A stretch of 64,000 bases of DNA from Octopus vulgaris (Eukaryota): positions 29,326,001 to 29,390,000 of the forward strand of contig OX597826.1 in the NCBI GenBank assembly GCA_951406725.2, read 5' to 3'. Positions within the stretch are counted from its first letter, which is position 1. The number at the start of each line of letters is the position of its first letter. A model generated the notes under the pieces. That model ran no database searches. It had not been told where the DNA came from and saw only the letters and a list, made by a program, of their open reading frames with translations. The translations under genes were made by a program, and so were the position numbers. Of the stretch, positions 26,821-40,400 are shown piece after piece.

Positions 26821-27031
26821 TGAGGGGGTACTAAAAGGTTTCTGGCTTTGGGTAAAAAAAAATACAGGAGGATCAGTTAATTTATTCAACATATTCCCTT
26901 CCCTAGATTCACACACTTGTGGCAGTGGTTCTTCAGTTTTTCTAAGCCCTTTAAAAGAACTTGGAAGGCTGGGTCTCCAACTTAGCCTTTCATGATACCC
27001 TTAAGGCCAGAAATTTTTCAGGGCCCCCTCG
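26821..27031. mobile_element. mariner-type MITE nested in a family-B SINE
   Basis: Imperfect 28-bp terminal inverted repeats TGAGGGGGTACTAAAAGGTTTCTGGCTT / AGGCCAGAAATTTTTCAGGGCCCCCTCG, followed by TA. Confidence 0.7.
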
Positions 27032-27489
27032 TACATATCTCTGTGTTGTGTTTGTTCCCTACCACTGCTTGACAACTGGCATTGGTTTATGTCCCTGTAA
27101 CTTAGCAGTTTGGCAAAAGAGACCAATAGAATGAGAATACCAAGTTTAAAATTAAAGACTAGGGTCAAAAGGTGGACGAGAGTGGCAAGCCTGGTGAGGT
27201 TGAATGGCCCTGCTTTGAGTACATTTTTCTAAGTTGGAAGAAAGGAACTGGAAGAGGTCACCTCAAATGTCTTGGAGACAGATGAATAATCTGGAACTTT
27301 TTGTGTGGAGTTTTTCTCTAAATTACCCAAGGTGGACTAATTTGCTATTGAAGATACCATTTATTATTTTTCTGAATTCTATTTTGTTGTTTCTCCTTTG
27401 GATCGATGTAAACCCCACCATTTTGTGATGTATTTCATCCTTTGATGCAATCTTCATTGTCCTGGGCTCTTGTGCCCAATAAAAGAATA

Positions 27490-28570
27490 AGACAGTGAGC
27501 TGGCAGAATCGTTAGCATGGCAGGTGAAATGCTTAACGATATTTTGCCTGTTGCTGTGTTCTGAGTTCAAATGTCTGCTGAAGTTGACTTCGCTTTTCAT
27601 CCTTTCAGGGCCAATTAGTTAGGCACTGGGGTCCATGTAATCGACTTAATCCCTTCCCCAAAAATTTGATGCCTTGTGCTTCCAGTAGAAAGATTTGATA
27701 TTAAGGCAGCGAGCTGGCAGAATCGTTAGCACGCCAGATGAAATGCTTAGTGGTATTATGCCTGTTGCTGCATTCTGAGTTCAAATTCCACCAGGGTCAA
27801 CGTCGCCTTTCGTCCTTTTGGGGGTTGATAAATTAAGTACTAGTGAAACACTGGGGTTGATGTAATTGATCAGTCCCTCCGCCTTAAATTTCAGGCCTTG
27901 TGCCTATAGTAGAAAGGACTATTATTATTATTATTATTATTATGATATAAGGTGGCGAGCTGGTAGAATTGTTAGCATGACAGGCAAAATGCTCAGCGGT
28001 ATTTTGTCCATCTTCACGTTCTGAGTTCAAATTCCACTGAGGTTGACTTTTCCTTTGATCCTTTCAGGGTTGATAAAGAGTACCAGTCGAACACTGGGAT
28101 TGATGTAATAGGCTGGACGAAATGGTGAGCGGTATTTTGCCTGTTGCTATGTTCTGAGTTCAAATTCCGCTGAGGGCAACTTTGCTTTTCATCCTTTCCA
28201 GCTACATGTTGTGAGTTCAGATTTTACTGAAGTCAGCTTTGTCTTTCATCCTTCTGGGGTCAATAAGATAAGTAATTACCTCACTTCTGCCCCCAAAATT
28301 TCAGGCCTTGCGCCTACAGTTGAAAAGATTGTTGTTGTTAACAAAGCGGCAGCTGGCAGAATCGTTAGCACACCAGGCAAAATGCTTAGCAGCATGTCCT
28401 CCTTCTTTACAATCTGCATTCAAGTTCCACCAAGGTTGACTTTACCTTTCATCCTTTCGGGGTCTATGAAATAAGTACCAGTTACGCACTGGGGCCAATG
28501 CAATCCACTTATCCCGTCTCGTAAAATTTCAGGCCTTGTGCCTTTAGTGGAAAGGATTATCATTATTATT
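27490..28570 (+). mobile_element. Head-to-tail array of about 5-6 family-A SINEs
   Basis: Same unit repeated in one orientation, some copies truncated. Confidence 0.85.
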
Positions 28571-29104
28571 AAGCTATTACTACATAGCTAAATTTTCATC
28601 TTGCAATTAATTTCAATTAACTAATGAGAACGATGAACAACAAGGATGTAAAATAAGTCATGGAAAGATGATTGTACCACAAACTATATAAGGAAGATGT
28701 TTATGCAACAGTTTAGGTTAATGGAAAGTTAATAAGAATAGGATATAAAATAAATCCTTGATATTATATAGTAAGTACAAAGCTGTCCTGTTTTCAGAAA
28801 CATGATGACATGCTAATGAATTAATGTTGTTGGCTTTAAACTGGCTAAAATAGGCATTATAATTATTTAGTACCATTATAAGTAGACTTCTCTCACTTGG
28901 CTTAACACTTGATCACCTTGTTCCTCTGTGTCTCACCCCTCTAGCATTGAAACTGGCCAAATCTGGCCAAAACATTCTACTTGTTTTATGTTCAAACTAC
29001 CCAGAGCTGGCCTCTCACATCTACCCACAATATCATTCTAAAAATAAACTCACATCACTGAAAACTTGAAGCTATGGTTGATTCAGAAAAAAAATTTTGA
29101 TAAT

Positions 29105-29500
29105 AGGTGCAGGAGTGGCTATGTGGTAAGTAGATTGCTTACCAACCACATGGTTCCGGGTTCAGTCCCACTGCATGGCACCTTGGGCAAGTGTCTTCTA
29201 CTATAGCCTCGGGCTGACCAAAGCCTTGTGAGTGGATTTGGTAGACAGAAACTGAAAGAAACCCGTCATATATATATATGTATGTGTGTGTGTATTTGGG
29301 TGTCGGTGTTTGTCCCCTCCAACATCGCTTGACAACTGATGCTGGTGTGTTTACATCCCCGTAACTTAGCAGTTCAGCAAAAGACACACCGATAGAATAA
29401 GTACTAGGCTTACAAAGAATAAATCCTGGGGTTGATTTGCTCGACTAAAGGCGGTGCTCCAGCGTGGCCAGAGTCAAATGACTGAAACAAGTAAAAGAGT
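29105..29500 (+). mobile_element. Family-B tRNA-derived SINE (about 400 bp) with internal (TA/TG)n
   Basis: GGAGTGGCTATGTGGTAAG...GGGTTCAGTCCC head, CORE-like ACCTTGGGCAAGT, internal microsatellite, tail GACTGAAACAAGTAAAAGAG. Other copies near 11725-12163(-), 14765-15130(-), 18197-18556(+), 35810-36175(+), 44960-45320(+), 53095-53400(-). Confidence 0.85.
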
Positions 29501-30489
29501 AATTAAATATTACATTTGACATAGCAATCTGAATACTACAGGCTGAAGTGCAATCCATAAAATGGAGAGAGAATAACACTTTCTTTGAACAGGACCCACA
29601 GGGTAACATTTCCGTATGATCTGGTACCTTTTACTGACAGCTGATTGAATCGAGACAATCTAGAATGTTGGTCTAGCACAGGTAACATTCTAAGATGATC
29701 TGGTTCCCTGCTAGGTGAACTAAGACTGTCGGATGTTGTTCTCAGATAATCACTGCTGTCCACTTGGTTGGTATTTGGAAGGGCATACAACTATAAAAAC
29801 CATGCCAAAGTAGGCCTCACTGGTGCTGGTACTACTTAGAAAGTACCCAATTTGTTCTGTAAAGTGGTTGATGATAGGAAGGGCTTTTGCTGTATAAACC
29901 ATGCCAAAACAGACAATGGAGTTTAGTGCTGTCCTCTGACTTGCCAGCTTCTGTTGAACCATTCCACCCATGCCAGCATAGAAAATGGACATTTAATGAT
30001 AATACATACAGTGGGCTTCTTTTACTTTCCTCTCCTAAATCCATTCACAAGTGTTTGGTTGGCTCTAGGCTGTAGTAGAAGACACTTAGCTAAGGTGCAA
30101 TGTAGTGAGACCGAATCCAAAACCATATGGATGGGAAACAGACTTCTTAACCAAATAGCTATGCTTGTACATACATGTATGTATTTGTATATTTATGATG
30201 GGCTCCTTTCAGTTTCTATCTACTCAGAAGACCCAAAAGCACATGGAGTTTGGAAGCTGACTTCTCAACCACATAGCCATGTTTGTCTGTACCATTCTGA
30301 ATCCCAAATACTGTTGGGAGTCTGTTATAGCTGTAATTTATTATGTAGTTGATTAAATAAGTACCAGTCATGTACTGGGGTTAGAATCCATCTTCCCAAT
30401 ACATTTGTGGATGTCTGTCTATCACGAATGGGAAAAGAATCTTGTAATGTTTATCACTTCTCTATTTTTTTCTTTTTTCTTTTTTCCAG

Positions 30490-30602
30490 TTCTCAAATCT
30501 TTTGGGGTCTGTATATCGTCGTGGTAACCTTGCTTTTACTCCTGATGGTGGCTGTGTGATTAGTCCTGTTGGGAACCGGATCACTGTTTTTGATTTAAAA
30601 AA
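30490..30602 (+). CDS. PWP2: PWP2 exon (probable exon 2): [37 protein letters not shown]
   Basis: Long polypyrimidine tract and ccag acceptor; gtaagt donor at 30603; matches the PWP2 N-terminus. Confidence 0.96.
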
Positions 30603-31449
30603 GTAAGTACTTTATCAGTTTTGTTTCTCTCTGTCTCTCTCTTATTTTGGTTGAGTCTCTTGTCTTGTTGCTCTGAGTTCCACCTGTGTGTACACTAGGT
30701 CTTCAAGCAAGTTCACAGCCAAAACTTGCCTGAAGACCCTCTGCAAGATGCTTACCCAACTAAAATGAAATATTATTAAGTGCTCTACTCACTGTGGTAT
30801 CAAGTACTCTTTTTTTTTTTTTCCAACAATCAACATGAAATGGGAATATATCTTTGTGTGTGCGTCTATAAATATATATCTCGGTATTGACCAAACTATC
30901 GGATGTTGTTATTACATCACTGATCACAATGCGCTTTTTTGCATTGTTTTAGCCTTCAAATGATGCCACCCTGCTAAGCAGGCGAGCAAGCCACCATTCC
31001 TCCTGATCGGAGGACTATTCCATCTGAGGGTCGCTCATGTATAGGTGAGTGGACAGCAGCAAGAACACAACATGCTGCCCAGTCTGAGAATTGAACCCAC
31101 AATCTAGAAATCATGAGTGCAGTATCCTAACCACTAAGCCACTTGCCTTCTCTAACACACAGACACACACATGATGGGCTTCTCTATTTTTGGGGATTGA
31201 ACTTGAAACCACATTGGTGCCAAGTGAATTTCTTAACACACAGCCTGTGCTTACTTGTGAAAAGGGGCAAACGTCTCACAAGTAGTTGTGCAGGCAAAAA
31301 GTGTTAGTAAATATGGTTGGAGTGACCTGAAAATTTGCACACCTATGTTAAAAAGGCTGGGGAGTTTGCTCAATTGAAAGGTGTGGCCTCTTGGGCAAAG
31401 TTCCTCATCTTTAAAATGTGGCCCGAGTAGACCCAAATGAAATCGGGTT

Positions 31450-31481
<32 letters not shown>

Positions 31482-34400
31482 AACCCACGTATTTACATCC
31501 ATACATGTGTAATCTTTTTCTTCATTTTCACTCTCTCTTTTCCTCTCTTCCTCTCTTCCAGCTATGCTTTTCTCTCGCTCTCTCTTTCTCCCTTCAACAG
31601 ACGACTGCTTGCTTTGACTTTCTTTGTCATTTTTATTCCCATAATTTAATGCAAGGAACCACGTTTTTACCATTCAGCTAATGTAATGGGGATCACCCAA
31701 CATAAGGTTTTAGTGTGGCATATGTGTGTGTTTATGTATGTATGTATGTATGTATATATACACACACACAGCACACATATACATGAAGTGTGTGATTGCA
31801 CGTGATGTGTGGTGCGAGCGAGTGTATGTAACATACATGAGTTCATGTGATGTGTGTGAATATATATGAGGTATGCTGGGTGGGTGTGTGTGTGTGTAAT
31901 ATGTTATGTGAATGAAATTCGTTCTGGTAGCAGAGTGACTCTGGGCTGGAACAGAGCTGAGTAAACCAGGAAACAGGTAAGATTCTAAATTCCATGCATT
32001 TCTCCATCAGACTATCTTTCAACATAATATCACTAAGCTGGAGTAAATAGTAGTACTTCCTCTCTCTCTCTCTCTCTCTCTCTTGTCACTTCCTCTCACT
32101 CTCTCCTTTCCTATCTCCTTTCTCCCTTTTTCTATCTCTTTCTCTGTCTTTCTGTCTCTAGCTTCCTATGTCTGTCTGTCTTTCTCTATCTTCCTGACTA
32201 TCTGTCTTTCTTTCTCTTGATCTTCTTGTCTGTCTCTTTCTTTCTTTCTCTCTCTTCCCATCTGTCTGTCTCTCTCATCTCTCACTTTCTTTTTACCTCT
32301 CTCTTTTCTCTTTCTTTCTCTATCCCCCCCTCTCGCCCACAAAAAATTCCTCCAGATTCTGACACTTATGACTGTCAACAGTTGACAGTTCTGCTGCTAC
32401 CATCAGCAAGAACTGTGGGGAGGATCTCTGGATCTGTAACGTGTGTGTGTGTGTGTGTATGCGTGTGCATCTGTTATCTCTATGTGATCTCTATGTGTGT
32501 GTGTTTCCATGACCAGAATGACATAAATAGTTTGGCTCCGGACTCTGTATTAACTGGTTGTTGTTTAGCCACAAGTCAGGTCAGTCTTGATTGAAGAAAT
32601 CAATGACCAAAGGTGTTCAAACTTTGACCATCCTTTTTTTCTTTCCAGACCATGCTTACTTAGGACTACATAATCTAATGTGTCCTTTACCACACTTTTT
32701 TTTCCTTCTCACTACCAAAAGAAGGGGAAATGATATAGAGAGATCTGGCTGTTATTTCTACCATGTCAAGTGAACATGTAGAGTTTTCCTCTTTGGTTCC
32801 ATTCCATGGGGTGAAGTGAAAGAATTTGAAGATTTTATGGTAAAATGTAACCTTTTAACTGTGAAATTAAATTTCATGGTTATTCAATAATAATGTCAAA
32901 TATCTACAAAAACAAAATGGAATTGGTATTTTCTGTAAGTCCACAAAATCCTCTCTAAACTTGACATATCTCAATAGAATATAGTTTCAAACATGATATT
33001 CCTCATCAGCAGATAGATTGTTCATCATCATCATCATCATTTAATGTCTGCCTTCCATGCTGGCATGGGTTGGATGGTTTGACAGGAGCTGGCCAGGTTG
33101 GAGCCTGCAACAGACTTCTGTGTCTGTTTTGGCAGGGTTTTTACAGTTAGATGCCCTTCCTAAGTTCAAATCCTGCCAAGATCCACTTTTTCATCCTTTT
33201 GGAGTGGGGTCAATACTATTCTATAGCTGTTGAGCCACAGGACTGCCTTAATAGGGCATTTATTTATTTATATTTAATCATATATTATTTATATCTTAGG
33301 CATGGCTGTGAGGTCAAGAAATTTGCTTTCTGACCCTTTAGTTTCAGGTTCAGCTCCACCGTGTGTCATCTTGAGCTAATGACTTCTATAATAGCCCTGG
33401 GGCAACTAAACCTTTGTGAAAGGACCTATCAGGTGGAAATTGAAAGAAGCCTGTTGTGTGTGTATTTATCTCTACGGTTATGTATGAGGACGTATGGCTT
33501 AGTGGTTAGGGTATTACACTCACAATTGCAAGATCATGGTTTCAGTTCCTGTGCCAGGTGGTGCATTATGTTCTTGAGCAAAACACTTCATTTTGCGTTG
33601 CTCTCCAATCACTTTTGACACCTGACATGTGATACACCAGGTATCATTGATTTGATGAAGGGAGTGATCTAACACATTTGGTTTCTATAAACCAGTGGTT
33701 CCCAAAGTGCGTGGTGCTCCCCCCCTCCTGGGAGCAGTGGAAAGTTCCAAGGGGGCATGGAAGAAAAGTGGGGCAGTAATGGGGTAATGATTCATGGGTT
33801 CATTAAGTTAAGTTTTATTTGTGAAATACATTTGCTTTGAATTTGCTTCAGAATGAGGTCTATGTTGGGGTGGGGGTGCTAGGAATGTGGCCTGGGTATC
33901 AAGGGGACGGCAGCCTGAAAAAGGTTAGGAGTCACTGCTATAAACAAATCCTTTGTGCAGGCTGTTCAGCAAGAAATTGAGGTTCTAAGTTACCTTCTTG
34001 AGTCATAAGGATTGGTTTCATGGCGGAGGTATTCCCCACCTGGATGGGATGCCAGTCCCTCACTGGTTTACTCGTTTTTGCCAGCTGAGCGAACGGGAGC
34101 AACATGAAATGTTTTGCTCAAGAACACGAGAACACCTCGCCCGGTACAGGAATTGAAACCACAATCTTATGATCACGAGTCCAACTAGCCACTAAGCCAC
34201 ATGTCTCAGCAAGAAATTGCAGAACCGTCTTTCTCTGACTATGAGAGATTACTACCACCACCACCATCATCATCTATGTGTGTGTGCCCCTTTTGATGTG
34301 ATAGCTGTAAACAATCATCATCATCATACAAGCAGTGTCCTTCATTTCTAATCTTCCATGGAGACATGTCCTGCCATAGAGGAGTATTTACCTTGCTTAG

Positions 34401-37400
34401 AATTAGGTAAGAGTTGGCAACAGGAAGAACATCCAGGCCACAGAAAATCTGCCTCAACGAATTCCATCTGACTCATGCAAGCATGGCAAAGTGAACATTG
34501 AAATGGTGATGATTGATCCCATTATTTTATTGGCTTAGAAGGGGCTGGTCAGTGTAATTGATTACCTTCCCTTAAAGTTTCAGGCCTTGTACTTATCTTT
34601 TTCTTCTACTCGTTTCAGTCATTAGACTGTGGCCATGTTGAGACACTGTTTTGTGGAACTTTTTGTCGAATGACTTGACCCCAGTACTTTTTTTTAAAGC
34701 CCTCTACTTATTCTGGGATACATACATAGACAAATATTTATATCGCTGACATGACCGATGGCAGTACCGCCTGATTGGCACTTGTGCCAGTGGAACGTTA
34801 AAGGCACCATCCAAGTGTGATCATTGCCGCTGACTGGCTCCCATGCTGGTGGCACGTAAAAAAACACCATTTTAGTTTGATTGTTGCCAACGTCACCTTA
34901 CTGGCACATGAAAACAATATTCGAGTGTGGTCATTGCCAGTACTGCCAGACTGGCTCCCGTGCAGGTGTCACATAAAAAAAAAACACCTTTTGAGCATGG
35001 TCGTTGCTAGTACCACCTGACTGGCCCTCGTGCCTATGGCATGTAAAAGCACCCACTACGCCCTCAGAGTGGTTGACATTAGGAAGGGCATCCACCTGTA
35101 GAAACTTTGTCCAGATCGAACTGGAGCTTGGTGCAGCCTTCTGGCTCAGCAGCCCTCAGTCAAACCATCCAACCCATGCCAGCATGGAAAGTAGATGTTA
35201 AACAATGATGATGATGATTATAGGCTTCTTTCAGTTTCCATTGTCTAAATTCACTCACAAAGCTTTGGTTGGCCAGAGATTACAGTAGAAGACACTTGCT
35301 CAAGGTGCCACACAGTGGGACTGAACCCAGAACCACATGGTTGGGAAGCAAACTTCTTACCACACCTACACCTACATGTTAGAAATAAAATTGTTTCCGT
35401 AGTTTTAGTTTTATTGCATGCTATCTCTGCATTACAGAGTGGAGCTCTTTAGAGCTTTGGCTATTTGCGCTGTTAAAAGTACTTCACATAATTTATGTGT
35501 GGTACTTAGTCACACTTGTCTCGGTATGTTGTATAAAGTATTAATAGTCGTTAAATACTAGAACATTGCTTGTTATATTAAGTGAAACTTTAGAAGTATG
35601 CTTTTGTCACCATGAGTTATATCAGGAAATAAAGCATACAAGCAATAGTTGTGATTTAACTTTTGTCAAATATTTTGGGACTTATACCCAAATGATGAAA
35701 CAAATGCTAATTTTCAAAATGTCTTCATTCTTGAAATTAAATTAAACAAAATAAATTTCTCATTTGTATGGTTCCAATTTATGTTGTTATTACTTCACTG
35801 AGTTTTATCAGCATGGCTTTGTGGTAAGAAGCTTGCTTTCCAACCACATGGTTCCAGGTTCAGTCCCACTCTATGGTGCCTTGGGCGAGTGTCTTTTACT
35901 TTAGTCTTGGGCTGACCAAAGCCTTGTGTTTGTGTGTGTGTGTGTGTGTGTGTCTGTCTGTCTCTGTTTGCCCTCGTCCTCCACCGCTTGGCAACCATTG
36001 CTAGTGTTTATGTTCCTGAAACTTAGCAGGTCAGCAAAAGGGACCGATAGAATAAATACCAAGCTTTAAAAAAGAAATAAACACTGGGGTTGATTCTTTC
36101 AACTAAAATTTTTTCAAGACGGTGCCCCAGCATGGCCGTAGTCTAATGACTAAAGCAACAAAAAGAAAAAAAGATAACCGCAGTCTACTCTACTAGAAAC
36201 CTATCACTGCCAAGTTTCATGAGGAAAATGTGTATTTGTCATAAAGTTATACCTCACACATCCTGCACCTCTCATGTTAACTCTCTCTCTATCTTTTACT
36301 CTCTCTTCTCTCTACATTCAGTGTAAAGTATAACTGGAGACATCTATTAACTATTTAGCGTTTAAAATCAGCCACTGTTATGTCGAGATTGAGTGGAGCA
36401 ACAACTGGGCTTGTTTGAAATGTGAACAGAGCTCCGAATCAGTCCTACACACGTTTGCTCAGTGTCTGTTCATCGACAATTTGTAGTTTATGTTGAACAG
36501 CTGTTATCGCATGTAAAATGAATCCAAGCTATCAGCTGGGTCTCTCGGTTAAAGATCGACCTGCTTCAATCGTTTGACAAAGAAGAACAGTTAGCCTTCA
36601 TTTTGACGGCTATCGCTATGGTGGTTGTGTGGTTGACATTGCTTCTTTCAGACCAAGCTCTCAGCAGCATCTTCAAGTACCACAGGAAGAATAAGGTGGC
36701 AGTGGAGAAGAGAAAATTTTTATGAAAATTAGGTGAAAATCATGCTGTTTGTGTGGCTAAAAGAGCCTTTGACAATCCAGGTATAATCTGGAGGAGGGCA
36801 CTCACTTTGGAGTGTCATGATAATCTGAAGGTTTGTATGGGTGTCTTGAATGATCCCTGTTTTTAGGGTTCTTGTCTTTTAATTATTATTTCTTTGGGGG
36901 TTTTTTAACTTTCTATTATTATTATTATAATTATCATTATTGTGATCTCCCTGTTTTGCTTCCTGTAAGTCTTCCTTCTGAATTCGTATTTTATCCTTGT
37001 ACTGTTACCAATGTCTTTGGCCCTTCTGGCCAATAAAATAAATCCATATCATAATAATAACAACAAGAGCACTCAGAGAGTGCAAACCTCTGCCAAGGCA
37101 ACACCAGTGTCCTCTCAACAATTAGTTGGAGATGATTTTTAGAATGAGAATATCTGAAATAAACTTGACTGCTCTCACAAATGATAATACTAAAAATGAA
37201 CCAGACCACTCTCAAAAATTAAGTTAAAAGAAAAATAATCTAGAATCCTTGTCCAGTACCAGATCAATCCCCAAATCTGATCAGTTCATGCCAGTCACGA
37301 AGCCAAACATCCTTAAAAGTTTCATCCGAATCCATCCAACAGTTCTTGAGATATCTTGTCCAGGGACAAACAAACAAACACGACTGAAAACAATACCTCT

Positions 37401-40400
37401 ACCTTCGCTAAGGTGGAGGTAATACTCCTTTCTCCTATAAGCACAAGGCCTGAAATTTTTGGGCAACAGGAATAGTCAATTGCATCAACCCCCAGTGCTC
37501 AGCTAGTACTTATTTCATCAACCCCAAAAGGATGAAAGGTATAGGTGACCTCAGTGGAATTTGAACTCTGAACACAAAAATGAACAAAATGTTGCTAAGC
37601 ATTTTGCCTGGCAATCTGGAAGAACTATCAAAGCATTGGACAAAATGAATGGGGAAAGTGGCGCGGAGGTTTTTTTCTGACTCTTTAAATGCCACTGAGC
37701 TTCACTTTGCTTTTCGTCCTCTTGTGGTCAACAAAACCAGTATCAGTCGAACACGGGGGGTCAGTGTGATTGACTAATTTCCTGCCACTAGATTTGTTTG
37801 CTTTGTACCAAAACCTGAAATCATTAAGGGTGACAAACTGACAGAATCATTATCATGCTGGACAAAATGCTTGGCAGCATTTCTTTCAGCTTTACGTTTC
37901 AAAGTTCACATTCTGCCGAGGTTGACTTTGCCTTTCATCCTTTCAGGATTAATGAAAGAATTACCATTGGCCCCTGTTGAGTTCTGGAGTTGATGTAATC
38001 GAGTATCCCACACACCCAAATTTCAGGCCTTTGTGCCTATAGTAGAAAGGGTTATTATTATTATTAGTATTAGTATTATATAAAGCAGTGAACTGGCAGA
38101 ATCGTTAACACGCTGGGTGAAATGCTTAGCGGTATTTTACCTGCTGTTATGTTCTGAGTTCAAATCCCGTCAAAGTTGATTTTGCCTTTCACCCCTTTGG
38201 GGTTGGTAAATTAAGTACCAGTGAAACACTGAGGTCAATGTAATCGACTAGTGCCCCCACCACAAAATTTTAAGCTTTGTGCCTTCAGTATAAAGTATTA
38301 TTATTATTATTATTATTATTAAGGCAACATGCTGGCAGAGTCGCCAGGTGAAATGCTTAGCGGTATTTCGGCCATCCTTACATTCTGAGTTCAAATTCTG
38401 CTGAGGTCGCATTTGCCTTTCATCCTTTCAGGGTCAATGAAATAAGTACCAGTTATGCATTGAGGTCAATGTAATTGATTAGCCCCCAACCCCTAAAATT
38501 TCAGGCTATGTGCCTATAGTAGAAAGGTTTATTATTATTATTATTATTATTATTTCTCTTTCTCCTTCTCAGTAATAAATCAGAGACCTTGCCTATTGAA
38601 AGCAGTCGGAATATTACTCATATTGCAACATCCCCAGATGGCTACACACTTATTTTGGTCAATGAAGGTGAGTACAATGATAAAGAGGGGAGTTTATTTG
38701 TTAAGGGACAGGAAAAAGGGTCAAAAATCAATTCCTTTAGTGTGGTGGGCAGTAACCTGCTGTCCGTAGGATCATTTCTGGCATTGAACAAATGGTGAAG
38801 ATTCCATTTAGTCAAGAAAGAAGAGATTTGATCTCACACACACACACATGTATATCTACATGATGATCTTCCATACTATTTTCATCTACCAATGCATTGG
38901 TTGGCCAATGGTTAAACCAGTTGACATTTACCCTTGCTGCTGTGCAATGGGACTGAACCTAAAACCACCAGGTTGCAAAGCAAGTTTCTAATCCATGCAT
39001 TCTATGCCTAAATTAGGTTTTTTTTTTTTTGGTTTTTTTTTTCCCCCAACTGTAAATTCATGTTGTTGAGATGGTTTCAAAGATGTTGTCATTGTTGTTT
39101 AATTGGTGTAGCACTGATCTAGCAGGCCTATATTCGCACATGCATTTCAAGGTCAACTTTGTCCTTCGTTCTTCTTCGGGTTCCCTGGTTCATCATCAGG
39201 TGGTTTGTACTCCTATGAAAATTCCAGGTAATTTTTCATTAGACGTGTGCCATTCACAAAGTCCTACAGGCTGCAGCTTGCTCATGTCTCACTTAGATCT
39301 TTCTTCCTTTGCTGGATTTTATTAGGGTAAAGTATGGAAGTGTCTGAAGGTCGTCTGTTAGTGAAGTTCAAATTATATTGGAAATTAGTTAATTAAAAAA
39401 AAAAAATGCAATAAAAAAAATTCAAATGTTTTTTTCTTCCTCCTTTTACCAAAACAGAATAAAATTTTCACTCTTTATTGGATTTCAGTTACTCTCTCTC
39501 TCTCTCTCTCTCTCTCTTCAAAATTTTTATTTTACTTTAACACCCCCAGTATTATGTCAACTCGGTTTTAATTTAAAAATTCCTCTGGGTTTTATCAATT
39601 TAAAATTTGAAATAAAAAAAGAGTAAAAACAATTAAAAAACACAAACAAAAATTCCCTTTACTGGACCCTTATATTAACCGTTGAATGGCTCTTCAAATA
39701 TTTGTATCCCTTGTTTCGTTTTATTGAATTTTGTAGAAAACAAATTATTTATTTTTTGTAATAAATTACTATTATTAATATTCATTGTATGCTTACTTGT
39801 TTTGTTTTTAAGTATTTTACCATTTCTAAACCCCGACACTTTATGTCTGTCTTTGTATTCACCCCTCATCCTTCGCCCTGGTGGCAAATAAATGAAATCA
39901 TCATCCTCTTCCTCATTACTATTATTATTCATATCCTCACAACAGATTAGAATGTTGGAAAAGAAAAACTCCTAACATCAGGCTACAACAAGAAACCTTA
40001 GATGCCAAGAACCTTCCTAAATATCCTAGTTGTTTTCTGGAGCTATACTTATAACTACTGGGATACATTTTATCCACACTATTATTATTATTATTATTAT
40101 TGTTATTGCGTGAAAGAGCAGTGCATGCCATCAAAGTGACACTGGAATAAAATATACAAAGCCCAGTATACCCATCATGATTACCTGTCTGATAAGGGTA
40201 CATCTGGCACATGCATCACAACCATATGAGTGCTACATGGTGATCTCATATTAAGTTAAACAGCTCATGACCTTGCAGGTGGGGCCCAGTTAGAATTTTC
40301 TTCAGGTCAAGTAGCCCATCCCACTCTAAAGGTCCACGAATAAGGGTTGTTTAAGGATGTTGAACAAAACACCCATATTTCCAAAGGTGAATTATTCAAA

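Noticed and set aside
24940-28570. CRISPR-like repeat-spacer array
   Set aside because: Units are 230-bp diverged eukaryotic SINEs joined by (ATT)n, with no unique spacers and no cas genes.
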